This document shows, piece after piece, positions 30,960 through 41,299 of a stretch of 52,256 bases of DNA. Below the pieces are notes generated by a model. It made no database searches, was not told where the DNA came from, and saw nothing but the letters and a program-made list of their open reading frames with translations. The stretch is taken from contig SYMW01000008.1 in the NCBI GenBank assembly GCA_005805305.1, positions 1 to 52,256 on the forward strand. The letters run 5' to 3'. This DNA is from Verrucomicrobiales bacterium (lineage in GTDB: Bacteria; Verrucomicrobiota; Verrucomicrobiia; Limisphaerales; F1-80-MAGS106). The position numbers were made by a program, and so were the translations under genes. Numbering within the stretch: position 1 is the stretch's first letter; each line of letters begins with the position of its first letter.

Positions 30960-31121
30960 TCTCAAAACGGCAGTTGAACCTCGTGGAGATTTGCAAAAGC
31001 CTGGATGAGAAAGGTTTGACGAAGAACGAGGCATATCCCTTGTGGATCTGGTGAGTGATTCGGAAAATCTTTATCCCCAGGATCTTGCGAAGATTCGCCA
31101 GGGGCAACTGCCGTTTTAAGG
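30960..31121 (+). mobile_element. 162-bp MITE-like palindromic repeat, copy 3
   Basis: tctcaaaacggcagttg ... caactgccgttttaagg. Confidence 0.85.
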
Positions 31122-31342
31122 GTTATCGCCCCGTTCCGAAGGGCGTCCTTTGGGATGCCCGATGACCGTTGACTGGATTCCCACCCACATTTCTTGGAAG
31201 CATGAAAACAGCCAGTGTTTCACCAACCGAACGACTGCAGGCACACCGGCCACATTCATGCTGTCTTTCGAACGGAACCTCTGCGAATTTTAAAACTCGA
31301 AGGCAGCGCGCCTGAAACACCAACTCGATCAGACATTTGTTT

Positions 31343-32164
31343 ATGCACAATCCTTCCGCGCTGGTTACCGGAGCGTCGCGCGGCATTGGGCGGGAGATTG
31401 CCTTGAGCCTCGCGCGATACGGCTTCGATATCCTTATCAATTATTCCGGCAACAAAGCCGCGGCCATGAGCGCCGCGTCGGAGTGTGTCCAAGCCGCGTC
31501 CCTGTCAGGGAGAACCATCCGAACGGTGGCCATTCAGGCGGACATCGGCGATTCCGCGTCCCGAAACCGTCTGATGATGGAAGCGCGCCGGTGGTCCCCT
31601 GCCCTGCACTTGTTGGTCAACAACGCGGGCATCGCACCGGCCGAGCGGGCCGATATTCTCGAGGGAAGCGAGGCCAGTTTCGACCGCGTGCTCGCTGTGA
31701 ATTTGAAAGCTCCTTATTTCCTCAGCCAACTCGCGGCGAAATGGATGCTGGAAGGGACACCGGCGGATTCGACTCCGCCGCCGGACCGGAGAGCCGACGC
31801 CCGCTGGCAACCTAAAATCATCAACATCTCGTCTGTGAGCGCCTACGCCGCCTCGATCAACCGAGGTGAATACTGCGTCTCCAAGGCCGGGCTATCCATG
31901 GTCACCGCTCTTTTCTCGCAACGGCTGGCGGCTCACGGGATTAACGTCTTTGAGATCCGCCCCGGAGTCATCACAACGGACATGACCGAAGCCGTCAAAG
32001 AAAAGTATGACACTCTCATCGCCGAAGGGCTAACCCCCATCCCCCGCTGGGGATCGCCCAGTGATGTCGCCCGAGCTGTGATCGCCATCGCCGAAGGAGC
32101 GTTCCCTTTCAGCACGGGCGAGGTCCTCAACGTGGACGGCGGCTTTCACCTTCGGAAACTTTGA
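31343..32164 (+). CDS. Short-chain dehydrogenase/reductase (3-ketoacyl-ACP reductase-like)
   Basis: [17 protein letters not shown] and VDGG motifs. Confidence 0.9.
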   Translation: MHNPSALVTGASRGIGREIALSLARYGFDILINYSGNKAAAMSAASECVQAASLSGRTIRTVAIQADIGDSASRNRLMMEARRWSPALHLLVNNAGIAPAERADILEGSEASFDRVLAVNLKAPYFLSQLAAKWMLEGTPADSTPPPDRRADARWQPKIINISSVSAYAASINRGEYCVSKAGLSMVTALFSQRLAAHGINVFEIRPGVITTDMTEAVKEKYDTLIAEGLTPIPRWGSPSDVARAVIAIAEGAFPFSTGEVLNVDGGFHLRKL

Positions 32165-32194
32165 CCGGTCTCGCGCCTCAACCCAGACACATCC

Positions 32195-33574
32195 ATGCCA
32201 CTCAAGATCGACCTCGCGCTCAACGCAAAAGATTTGATGCCGCGCATCCAGCGGCTCTGGGACCTATCCGCCGACAAAATTCTCGACATCGAGCGCTCCT
32301 GGCCGGAAAAGAGAGGAACTCCGGTGTTCACGGCCAACGGGACTTACACGACGCGTGGATGGACGGAGTGGACGCAAGGCTTTCAATACGGCGCGGCGCT
32401 GCTGCAGTTCGACGCGACAGGAGATCGTCGATTTATTGAGCTCGGGAGGAGCAAGACGATTCAGAGAATGGCCCCTCACGTGTCCCATGTGGGAGTGCAC
32501 GATCACGGCTTCAACAACATCTCGACCTATGGCAACCTTCATCGCTTGATGCGCGAGGGCCGAATTGAGGCGAACGACGAGGAACGTCATTTTTACGAGC
32601 TCGCCCTGAAGGTTTCAGGAGCGGTGCAAGCCGCGAGATGGACCGCGATCGAAGGCGGTCTGGGCTTCATTTACTCATTCAACGGACCCCACTCGCTGTT
32701 CATCGACACCATGCGATCGCTGAGATCGTTGATCGTGGCCTGGCAGCTCGGCCACGTGCTCATGGGGGAACGGGACACCGCCGTCTGCTTGCTCGAACGC
32801 GCCGTCATGCACGCGGAAGTGACGTCTCGCTTTAACGTGTACTTCGGCAAGGGTCGTGACCATTACGATGTCGCGGGACGCGTCGCTCACGAAAGCCTCT
32901 TCAATGTGAAAGACGGCGGTTATCGCTGCCCCAGCTCGCAGCAAGGATTCTCGCCATTCACGACCTGGACGCGGGGACTTGCCTGGGCCGTGTGCGGCTT
33001 CTCGGAGCTGCTCGAGTTTTTGCTCGAGCTGAACGACGGCACGCGAATCGGGAGCCGTTCCCTCTCACAAGTGATCGAGGGGTTTCTCGGCGCCGCGCGG
33101 GCGACCGCCCGGTTTTACGTGGAGAACACGTGCACCGACGGGGTTCCGTATTGGGACACAGGCGCCCCGTTATTGTGGCGGATCCAGGACGCCCTCGAAA
33201 AGCCCGCCCAGCCATTCAACGAATGGGAGCCCGTCGACAGCTCAGCCGCCGCGATCGCCGCCCAGGGACTGATCCGGCTCTCGAATGTGGAGCTCGCTCT
33301 TGGGAAACGCGCGGCATCCCGCCAATTGCAAAAGGCTGGTTTGACGATCGCCCGCACCTTGTTCTCGGATCCGTATCTCTCCCAATCCACAGCGCATCAA
33401 GGGCTGCTGCTCCACTCGGTTTATCACCGCCCCAACGGCTGGGATCACGTGGCCCGCAAACAGCGTGTGCCGAACGGGGAAAGCTCCATGTGGGGCGACT
33501 ACCATTTGAGGGAACTGGCCCTCTTGATCCAACGCCAGGCCACCCAGCAAAGGCCGTTGAAATTCTACATCTAG
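32195..33574 (+). CDS. Glycoside hydrolase family 88-like (unsaturated glucuronyl hydrolase) protein
   Basis: WTQGF, HDHGF, IDTM, WTRGLAW, DSSAAAI and WGDY motifs. Confidence 0.85.
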   Translation: MPLKIDLALNAKDLMPRIQRLWDLSADKILDIERSWPEKRGTPVFTANGTYTTRGWTEWTQGFQYGAALLQFDATGDRRFIELGRSKTIQRMAPHVSHVGVHDHGFNNISTYGNLHRLMREGRIEANDEERHFYELALKVSGAVQAARWTAIEGGLGFIYSFNGPHSLFIDTMRSLRSLIVAWQLGHVLMGERDTAVCLLERAVMHAEVTSRFNVYFGKGRDHYDVAGRVAHESLFNVKDGGYRCPSSQQGFSPFTTWTRGLAWAVCGFSELLEFLLELNDGTRIGSRSLSQVIEGFLGAARATARFYVENTCTDGVPYWDTGAPLLWRIQDALEKPAQPFNEWEPVDSSAAAIAAQGLIRLSNVELALGKRAASRQLQKAGLTIARTLFSDPYLSQSTAHQGLLLHSVYHRPNGWDHVARKQRVPNGESSMWGDYHLRELALLIQRQATQQRPLKFYI

Positions 33575-33641
33575 AATCCTGGCGGAACTAATTCCAAGGA
33601 ATGGTGTTCGAGGAACTGGTGTTCATCTTCAATCTTATTCG

Positions 33642-35357
33642 GTGAAACCCCACCGCATCGCCTGCTCGATCGTGATCTGGATGGCCGTCAATGGCTGCTC
33701 GACGAAGCACTATCGGCACTCGGCGGACAAGGAAGTGGCATCGGCGATCGCCCGGAAGACTCCCTCGGTCCCCAACATGGACCCGCGTTTCACCATCGAA
33801 CAAACCAATGCGCTGTCCTTGGAGAATCTCACGCTTTCGACAAATATCCCCAGCTTTCTTGGGACTGAAGGCGAAGTGGAGAAAACGGCGCGAGTGCTCT
33901 CCTTGGACAAAGCTATCGGGCTGGCGGTTCGCCACAGCCGCCTCTACCAAAACCGAAAGGAGCAGGTATTTCTCGAGGCCCTCGACCTGACTTTGGCACG
34001 GCACCAATTCACCCCCATTTTCGCCGCCGGCGCCGACGCCACCCACGAGGTCGGGACGGTTGAAGCCCTCGAGGCTCGTTTGGATCCCGTGACCGGCAGA
34101 CTTGTTCCTTTGCTGAGTGACAACCTTGTTGAACGTCATAGCGTCCGCGGCAATGGCAACGTCAACACGGGATGGATGATTCGGGATGTTGGCCGTATCA
34201 GCACGGCTTTCACCACTGATTTCTTCCGGTTCCTGACAGGCGGCCCGGAAACAATCGCCTCCTCGCGCGTGGGCGCGACGCTGATTCGCCCGCTGTGGCG
34301 GAATGCGGGATTCAAAGCGGAAATGGAGAATCTGACCCTGGCCGAAAGAGGCCTGCTGTATTCGCTGCGGGAGTTCACTCGGTTCAGGAAACAGTTCTCG
34401 GTGGATATCGCCGCTTTTTATTATCGGGTGTTGCAGAGCCGGGACGCGGCGCGGAACACCTATCTGGGCTATCAGAACTTCAAGCGAAGTGCTGAGCGCA
34501 CGCGCGCGCTGGTCAAAGAAAACCGCGTGAAGCTGGCCGAACTGGGCCGCTTGGAACAACAAGAACTGTCCCAGGAAACGCTCTGGATCTCCGCCATTCG
34601 AAATTACAAACTGGCTCTGGATAATTTCAAGATGCAGCTCGGGCTCTCCACGGAATCCAACATCGTGCTGGACGACCACGATTTGGAGCGCCTGTCGATC
34701 GTCCATCCAAACATGACCATGGAAAGCGCGATGGAGGTCGCGATGGCCTCGAGGCTCGACCTTCAGAACCTCAGGCAGCAGCACGAAGACACGGGCCGGG
34801 AAATCAAACTCGCGTCAAGCCGATTGAAACCCCAGGTGGATCTGATCGCCTCGGCCGGGTTTGAAAGCAAGCAGCAATCAGCCGCCAAACTCGCCGTGCC
34901 GGATATTGACCGTTATCGCTGGAGCGCCGGACTCAACCTGGATCCCGGCTTGGATCGGAAAGGAGAGCGGAATCTGTACCGAAGCGCTCTCATCCGGCAT
35001 GAGCGGTCGGCCCGGGCGATCGCCGAAGCCGAGGACAGCGTCAGACTCCAGGTTCGCGAAGATTTGAGAGCCCTCGACCAAGGAAAGCGCAGCCACGAGA
35101 ACAGTGAGCTGGGCGTGAAGCTCGCGGCCCGCCGCCTGGAGGAGCAAGATCTCCTGGCTGAACTGGGCCGTGGCCGCGCCCAGGACCAGGTGGACGCGCA
35201 AAACGATCTCACAGCGGCGAAGAATCAGCGCACCCAAGCCCTCGTCGAGCACACGGTCGCCCGGCTGCGGTTCTGGGAGCACTTGGGCATTCTCTTCATC
35301 AAAGAAGGCGGTCAGTGGCGGGAATTATCTGAAAATGGCGAAAGCCAACAACCCTGA
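33642..35357 (+). CDS. TolC family outer-membrane lipoprotein
   Basis: Lipobox VNGC, PLWRNAG, SRLDL and LKPQVDL motifs, helical repeats. Lies upstream of adaptor and permease genes. Confidence 0.8.
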   Translation: MKPHRIACSIVIWMAVNGCSTKHYRHSADKEVASAIARKTPSVPNMDPRFTIEQTNALSLENLTLSTNIPSFLGTEGEVEKTARVLSLDKAIGLAVRHSRLYQNRKEQVFLEALDLTLARHQFTPIFAAGADATHEVGTVEALEARLDPVTGRLVPLLSDNLVERHSVRGNGNVNTGWMIRDVGRISTAFTTDFFRFLTGGPETIASSRVGATLIRPLWRNAGFKAEMENLTLAERGLLYSLREFTRFRKQFSVDIAAFYYRVLQSRDAARNTYLGYQNFKRSAERTRALVKENRVKLAELGRLEQQELSQETLWISAIRNYKLALDNFKMQLGLSTESNIVLDDHDLERLSIVHPNMTMESAMEVAMASRLDLQNLRQQHEDTGREIKLASSRLKPQVDLIASAGFESKQQSAAKLAVPDIDRYRWSAGLNLDPGLDRKGERNLYRSALIRHERSARAIAEAEDSVRLQVREDLRALDQGKRSHENSELGVKLAARRLEEQDLLAELGRGRAQDQVDAQNDLTAAKNQRTQALVEHTVARLRFWEHLGILFIKEGGQWRELSENGESQQP

Positions 35358-37140
35358 ACCCATGTCAATACGAAGCGTTTGGAAAATAGGGGCTCTTCTC
35401 GGGGTTATACTCCTTGGGGGGGCGTTCCTGAAAACACGCACCAAGCCCGCCGATATCGGGAGCACTTTCGCCGCACGCCGCGGTCCGCTCGATATCACGG
35501 TGCTCGAAGGGGGAGGCATCGAATCGGAGGAAAAGGGCGAGATCAAATGCGAAGTCAAAGGAGGTCAAGGCATCAAAATCCTGAAGATCGTGGAGGAAGG
35601 ATATCAGGTCACCGAGCAGGATGTGAAAACCAACAAAGTCCTCGTCCTGCTCGATTCGGCGGATCTGCGCACCAAGATCTTGCAGCAGGAAATCGCTTTC
35701 GGTTCGACCGCGGCATCTCTCGTCGACGCGCAGCAGGCTTACGACATCCAATTGAACCAAAACCTCAGCGATGTGAAAGCCGCCGAGCAAAAATCGGCGT
35801 TCGCGCGGATGGACTTTGACAAATACCTCGGTGATCGAGCTTCGCAGGATATTCTCGAAGAGCTGGATCTCGAACCCAGCCTGGCCGTTCCAACACTCGG
35901 TCAGACCAACTCCGTTCTAAAGGTTGCCGCCGGATCGCCCGCCTCCGCCGACGCATCGGCGGTCAAAGCACCCGCGGCGCCAGGGGCCCGCTCATCGGGA
36001 AGCATCGACTTCTCGAAATACGCGGACATCAACCTGCTCGGCGACGGCGAGGCCAAGCAGAAACTGCGCGAGCTGCAAGACGCGGTTCAAATCGCCCAAA
36101 AAGAGCTGCAGCAAGCCCAGTCGAAACTCGACGGGACGAAGCGCCTTTTTGAGAAGGATTTTGTGACCAAGATCGAGCTGGAGGGAGACCAGTTGGCTTA
36201 CGAAAACTCGGTGTTGAAAGTCAAAAAGGCGGAGACCGCTCTCAACCTCTTCGCCAAGTACGAGTTCAAAAAGGCGGCCCAAGAGTTTCTTTCAAAATAC
36301 GCCGAATCTCTCAGAGAGCTTGATCGCACGCGGAAGGGCGCCGTATCAAAACTCGCCCAGGCCGATGCCAAGCTTAAGTCGGCCCAGGCGCGTTCGTCGG
36401 TGGAGGAAACGCAGCTTTCCGAACTGAAGGAGCAACTCGAGAAGTGCGTCATCAAGGCGCCGCGGCCGGGCCTCGTGGTTTATGGATCGGGCGGAGAAAC
36501 GCGGTATTGGCGCGATGAAGAGCAAATCCGCGAGGGCGCCAGCGTGCGCGAAGGGCAAACAGTGCTGACCATCCCGGACATGAGGAAGATGTGCATCAAG
36601 GTAAAGATCCACGAATCCTACATCAAAAAGATCCTGAAAGGGCAATCGGTGCGCATCACGCCCGACTCGTTCCCGGAGCGGAAACTGGAGGGCCTCGTCA
36701 GCCAGGTCGGCGTGCTTCCGGACTCCGAAAACTCCTGGCTGAATCCGGACATGAAAGTTTACCGATGCACTATTTCGATCGTCGGGCATCATGACTGGAT
36801 AAGGCCCGGCATGAGCACCAAAGTGCAAATCGTGGTCAACCAATTGAGCGATGTCGTGCATGTGCCGCTCCAAGCCGTAAGCCCGATGGACAACAGGCGA
36901 GTTTGTTACGTGGTGCGGGGAGATCAACTGGAGCGGCGCGAGGTCGAAGTGGGTGAATTCAATGATGAATTCATCGAGATCAAAAGCGGGCTCCAGGCAA
37001 CCGAACGAGTCGCCTTGCGCCCACCCGCCGGCAGTGAGGACAAGGACAGCGCCAAAGAGGGCAAGAAATCCTCCGAACCCGCGGAGACTCCCAAGCCTGG
37101 GGCGCCCGGCGTTTCCACGGCCCTCAAAGGGGGCAAATGA
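35335..37140 (+). CDS. Efflux periplasmic adaptor (HlyD/MacA-like) with very long coiled coil
   Basis: N-terminal TM, VEEG lipoyl half, IKAPRPGLV, IRPGMS, VPLQAV and SGL..ERV motifs. Confidence 0.85.
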   Translation: MAKANNPEPMSIRSVWKIGALLGVILLGGAFLKTRTKPADIGSTFAARRGPLDITVLEGGGIESEEKGEIKCEVKGGQGIKILKIVEEGYQVTEQDVKTNKVLVLLDSADLRTKILQQEIAFGSTAASLVDAQQAYDIQLNQNLSDVKAAEQKSAFARMDFDKYLGDRASQDILEELDLEPSLAVPTLGQTNSVLKVAAGSPASADASAVKAPAAPGARSSGSIDFSKYADINLLGDGEAKQKLRELQDAVQIAQKELQQAQSKLDGTKRLFEKDFVTKIELEGDQLAYENSVLKVKKAETALNLFAKYEFKKAAQEFLSKYAESLRELDRTRKGAVSKLAQADAKLKSAQARSSVEETQLSELKEQLEKCVIKAPRPGLVVYGSGGETRYWRDEEQIREGASVREGQTVLTIPDMRKMCIKVKIHESYIKKILKGQSVRITPDSFPERKLEGLVSQVGVLPDSENSWLNPDMKVYRCTISIVGHHDWIRPGMSTKVQIVVNQLSDVVHVPLQAVSPMDNRRVCYVVRGDQLERREVEVGEFNDEFIEIKSGLQATERVALRPPAGSEDKDSAKEGKKSSEPAETPKPGAPGVSTALKGGK

Positions 37141-37176
37141 CGCTCGGGAAACGGGCGCACTTCCGGGGCCGCATCC

Positions 37177-38538
37177 ATGGCTGACCTTTCCACCCCATCA
37201 GCCATCGAAGAAACGCGGGATGGGTCGAAGCCAGCCTTCGATCGCCGGGCTCTTTTTCTGGCCCGGTTGTGGCGGGTGATGCGACTCGGTCTTCGCAGTC
37301 TTTGGCTGCATCGGCTGCGCTCGTTGTTGACGGTCTTGGGCATCGTTTTCGGCGTCTGTTCGGTGATCGCGATGCTGGCCATCGGCGAGGGCGCCAGCTT
37401 CGCCGCCCAGGAGCAGATAAAAAGTCTTGGCAGTCAGAACATCATCCTGCGCAGCGTGAAACCACAGCAAGAGCAGAAAGTCACCCAACAGAGCGGCCAG
37501 TTCCTGCTAAACTACGGGCTGACCTACGACGATATTCGAGCGATCCAGGCGACGATCCCCGGCGTGGTGGTCGTGGTGCCGGGACGCATTCTTCAGGACT
37601 TCGTCTGGAACATCAGCCGCAGGGTCGACTCAGAAATCGTCGGCACCGTCCCGTGGTATCCGGAAATGAGAAACCATCCGGTGGCGCGAGGACGATTTTT
37701 TACCGATCTCGAGATGGAAGCGAAGGCCAAGGTCTGTGTGCTCAGCGCTGAAGCGGCCGAAAAGCTGTTTCCACTGGACCTGCCCCTGGGGCATTCGGTG
37801 CGAGTCGGCGCCCGATACTACCAGGTGATCGGCGTGATGGAGCGCGACGCGGGTCATACAGGTGACAACGAGATCAATCAAAACGGCGCGCCCGCGGTGG
37901 AAAGCCGCATTTATCTGCCCTTGGAAACGCTGAAGACACATTACGGCGATGTCATCTTCAAGCGGCGAGTCGGCAGCCGCGAGATGGAGAAGGTGGTGCT
38001 GCACGAAATCACCGTCAAAGTCGAGGACCGAGAGCAAGTGATCAATGTGTCACTGGCGATCCAGGATTTGTTGAAGAGGAAACACAAGAAAACCGACTAT
38101 CGAATGATCGTGCCGCTCGAATTGCTCAAACGAGCTGCTGAGACGAAGCGCATTTTCAGCATCGTCCTCGGCTCGATCGCGGCCATTTCCCTGCTGGTTG
38201 GCGGCATTGGCATCATGAACATCATGCTCGCCAGTGTGACGGAACGAACACGGGAGATCGGCATTCGCCGCGCCATGGGCGCCAAAAGGCGCGACGTGGT
38301 GCTGCAGTTCCTGGCGGAAACGGTAATCCTCTCGGGCGCGGGCGGCATCCTCGGCGTGGTTCTTGGCGTGGCCATCCCGAATCTCGTGACGCTATTCTCC
38401 GGCCTGCCAACGATAGTGACCTTGTGGGCTCCACCTCTGGCATTTTCGATTTCCGCCTTCGTGGGGGTCGTTTTCGGCATCTACCCCGCTCTCCGGGCCG
38501 CTCGGATGGACCCCGTGGAGGCGCTGCGCCATGGGTGA
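37177..38538 (+). CDS. MacB-like ABC transporter permease (FtsX domain)
   Basis: RSLLTVLGIVFGV, GGIGIMNIMLASVTERTREIGIRRAMGA and DPVEALR. Confidence 0.92.
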   Translation: MADLSTPSAIEETRDGSKPAFDRRALFLARLWRVMRLGLRSLWLHRLRSLLTVLGIVFGVCSVIAMLAIGEGASFAAQEQIKSLGSQNIILRSVKPQQEQKVTQQSGQFLLNYGLTYDDIRAIQATIPGVVVVVPGRILQDFVWNISRRVDSEIVGTVPWYPEMRNHPVARGRFFTDLEMEAKAKVCVLSAEAAEKLFPLDLPLGHSVRVGARYYQVIGVMERDAGHTGDNEINQNGAPAVESRIYLPLETLKTHYGDVIFKRRVGSREMEKVVLHEITVKVEDREQVINVSLAIQDLLKRKHKKTDYRMIVPLELLKRAAETKRIFSIVLGSIAAISLLVGGIGIMNIMLASVTERTREIGIRRAMGAKRRDVVLQFLAETVILSGAGGILGVVLGVAIPNLVTLFSGLPTIVTLWAPPLAFSISAFVGVVFGIYPALRAARMDPVEALRHG

Positions 38539-38621
38539 ATTCCAAGGCGCTGCGGCTCGTGCCGTTGGAAACCGCCGGTCATTTCTGGCACCAGCCGCGC
38601 GAGGTCGCGCTCGTCATCCTA

Positions 38622-39701
38622 TCAGGGCTGGCTTGGGGTGTTCTCCGATACCGAGCCCTGGTCACTGAACGCGGGCTGGGTGCCCTCGCTTTTCTTGCGT
38701 CCGAGCAATTCCTTCTCCAATTCCGCAACGCGCCGCAAGAGTTCAGGAAGTTGTTGAGCCGCGAGCATCTGCCGCTTCATTTGTCGGTCAGGCGCCGCCG
38801 GGGAGCCGAACCATTTCTCGCCATCCGGGACATGGCTCATCACGCCTGACTGAGCTGAGATGATGACCCGATTGCCAATCTTCAAGTGGCCCGCAATGCC
38901 TGCTTGCCCGGCAACCGTGACATAGCTGCCTAGTTTTGTGCTTCCTGCAACACCCACTTGGGACACCAAAATGCAATGATCCCCCGTGACCACGTTGTGC
39001 CCCAGCTGCACCAGGTTGTCGATCTTCGTGCCGCGCCCGATCACCGTAGGCCCCAAAGCTCCACGATCCACCGTCGTGTTGGCCCCGATTTCCACATCAT
39101 CGTGGACCAGGACGTGCCCCACCTGAGGGACCTTCCTGTGGGCTCCTCCATCCAGCACATACCCAAAACCGTCCGAGCCAAGGACGGCTCCAGCGTGGAT
39201 TCGGACCCGATTGCCCACCAGAGTTCCGGGGTAAAGGGTGACCCGGGGAAACAAGTGAGTGTGGGCGCCCAAGGAACAATGGTCTCCGACATAACAACCC
39301 GTCTCCACAATCGAGTTGGGACCGATCTTAACTTCCTCTCCGATCGTGCAGAATGGGCCGATGAAAGCGCTGGCGTCGATCGACGCGCTGGGGGCGACGA
39401 CCACCGTGGCGTGGATGCCCGGCTTGAATTCGGGCTCTGGAAAAAACAAGGGCAAGATCTTGGCGAACGCTATCCTTGAATTGGGGACGTGAATCAGGGT
39501 TTTGACGCCCCCGGAATACAGGGTATCCACGAGGATCGCCGACGCGGCGGTTTGCTCGGCCAGACGAAAGTAGGTCTCGTTTTCGGCGAACGTCAGATCC
39601 CCTTTCTTGGCGGCGTAGGCGGGTGAGAATCCCAGCAAATCAAGATTCGAATCGCCGACAACCCGGCCTCCGACTTGCCGTGCAATCTCGCAGACCTTCA
39701 T
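38622..39701 (-). CDS. lpxD: UDP-3-O-(3-hydroxyacyl)glucosamine N-acyltransferase
   Basis: Hexapeptide repeats, GSDGFGY, EIGANTTVDRG and KIDNLVQLGHN. Confidence 0.93.
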   Translation of the reverse strand: MKVCEIARQVGGRVVGDSNLDLLGFSPAYAAKKGDLTFAENETYFRLAEQTAASAILVDTLYSGGVKTLIHVPNSRIAFAKILPLFFPEPEFKPGIHATVVVAPSASIDASAFIGPFCTIGEEVKIGPNSIVETGCYVGDHCSLGAHTHLFPRVTLYPGTLVGNRVRIHAGAVLGSDGFGYVLDGGAHRKVPQVGHVLVHDDVEIGANTTVDRGALGPTVIGRGTKIDNLVQLGHNVVTGDHCILVSQVGVAGSTKLGSYVTVAGQAGIAGHLKIGNRVIISAQSGVMSHVPDGEKWFGSPAAPDRQMKRQMLAAQQLPELLRRVAELEKELLGRKKSEGTQPAFSDQGSVSENTPSQP

Positions 39702-40063
39702 TGTCCCTTTTGTTGGTTCACGATGCGGTTGTTTTCTCCCAAAACGATGACGCTCGGACTCCAGGAGGCGGCGGCCGTTGGATCGGCCCACGTGTAGCTC
39801 ATGATCGTCAGCCTGTCGCCCGCCTTTCCGAGATGCGCGACGGCGCCGTTCAAGATGACATCGCCAGAACCCCGGCGGCCCTTGATGGCGTAAGTTTCAA
39901 AGCGGTTGCCATTCGCCAAATTGCCACAAAGAATCCGCTCGTAGGGCAGCATTCCCACCGTCTCCATCAAGCTCTCGTCTATGGTCAAGCTACCCTCGTA
40001 ATCGAGGCAAGATTCGGTCACTTGCGCCCGATGAATTTTGGTTCGTAAAACCTGTATCTGCAT
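39698..40063 (-). CDS. panD: Aspartate 1-decarboxylase
   Basis: KIHRA, YEG|SLTID pyruvoyl cleavage site, RFETY and LNGA. Confidence 0.95.
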   Translation of the reverse strand: MQIQVLRTKIHRAQVTESCLDYEGSLTIDESLMETVGMLPYERILCGNLANGNRFETYAIKGRRGSGDVILNGAVAHLGKAGDRLTIMSYTWADPTAAASWSPSVIVLGENNRIVNQQKGQ

Positions 40064-40072
40064 AGCAATTCG

Positions 40073-40101
40073 TTGACTTGACAAATGGCGATCACTATAA
40101 A
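40073..40101 (+). promoter_or_regulatory. Sigma70-type promoter for the Gfo/Idh/MocA pair
   Basis: TTGACT-N17-TATAAA, about 35 nt before ATG 40136. Confidence 0.55.
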
Positions 40102-40135
40102 GACCGGCCGGGCCAATTCAACATCTCTTTATAGC

Positions 40136-41299
40136 ATGTCCAAGACACTGCGAGTCGGCATGATAGGTTATCGTTTCATGGGGAAAGCCCACTCAAACGC
40201 CTGGCGTCAAGCCCCCCATTTTTTTCCGCTCGCGGCGGGTGTCTCCATGCACACCATATGCGGGCGGGACGCCGGCGCCGTTGAAACAGCTCGAGCCCAA
40301 CTCGGATGGGAGAACGCCTCCACGGACTGGAAAGCGGTCGTCCGGTCGCCGGACATCGATATCGTGGACATCAACACGCCCAATGATTCCCACGCGGAAA
40401 TCGCGATCGAGGCCGCCAGGGCGGGCAAGCATGTGCTCTGCGAAAAGCCCCTCGGGATGAACGTCGCGCAGTGCCAGGAAATGGTGGATGCGGTGAAGAA
40501 GGCGAAAGTGGTCGCGATGGTTTGCCATAACTACCGGCGGATACCCGCCATCGCCCAAGCCAAAAAAATGATCGAGGAAGGGGCGATCGGGAACATCTTT
40601 CATTACCACGCGCGCTACGCCCAGGACTGGATCGTGGATCCCGAGTTTCCACTCGTGTGGCGATTGCAGAAAGGAGTCAGCGGAAGCGGCGCCCACGGCG
40701 ATATCAACGCGCACATCATCGATCTGGGACGGTATTTGGTGGGCGAGTTCAAGGAGGTCTGCGGGCTCATGAACACATTCATCAAAGAACGACCGCTGAT
40801 GGATCAGGGAGGAAAAGGCGATGGACTGGGCGCCAAGGCCACCAGGAAGATGGGCAAAGTCACCGTGGACGACGCCGCGCTGTTTATTGGGCGTTTCAAG
40901 AATGGCGCCTTGGCGAACCTCGAAGCCACGCGGTTCGCGCTGGGCAGAAAAAACCACATCGCGATCGAGATCAACGGCTCGAAAGGCTCGCTGCAGTTCG
41001 ACTTCGAAGATATGAACCGCTTGAAATTCTTCGACAATACCCAACCTCCGGATCGCCAGGGATTCAACGACATCTTGATCACGCAGCCAGGAGGCGTGCA
41101 CCCCCATGTCGGCCAGTGGTGGCCTCCAGGTCATATCATCGGCTACGAGCACACTTTCGTGCATACCATCGCCGACTTCGTGAACGCGGTGGTCAATGGA
41201 CAATCCGTTCAACCCACGTTTGAGGACGGCATGAGGAATCAGCGAGTGCTGGAAGCCGTCGAAGAATCCGCGAAAACCGGGCATTGGGTGAAAGTCTAA
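40136..41299 (+). CDS. Gfo/Idh/MocA family oxidoreductase
   Basis: IGYRFMGKAH, GKHVLCEKP and GDINAHIID. Confidence 0.92.
   Translation: MSKTLRVGMIGYRFMGKAHSNAWRQAPHFFPLAAGVSMHTICGRDAGAVETARAQLGWENASTDWKAVVRSPDIDIVDINTPNDSHAEIAIEAARAGKHVLCEKPLGMNVAQCQEMVDAVKKAKVVAMVCHNYRRIPAIAQAKKMIEEGAIGNIFHYHARYAQDWIVDPEFPLVWRLQKGVSGSGAHGDINAHIIDLGRYLVGEFKEVCGLMNTFIKERPLMDQGGKGDGLGAKATRKMGKVTVDDAALFIGRFKNGALANLEATRFALGRKNHIAIEINGSKGSLQFDFEDMNRLKFFDNTQPPDRQGFNDILITQPGGVHPHVGQWWPPGHIIGYEHTFVHTIADFVNAVVNGQSVQPTFEDGMRNQRVLEAVEESAKTGHWVKV

Noticed and set aside
33597-33624. Imperfect direct repeat aggaa(c)tggtgttc x2 before the TolC gene
   Set aside because: Only two copies, no regulator nearby and no second instance seen, which is too weak to call an operator.
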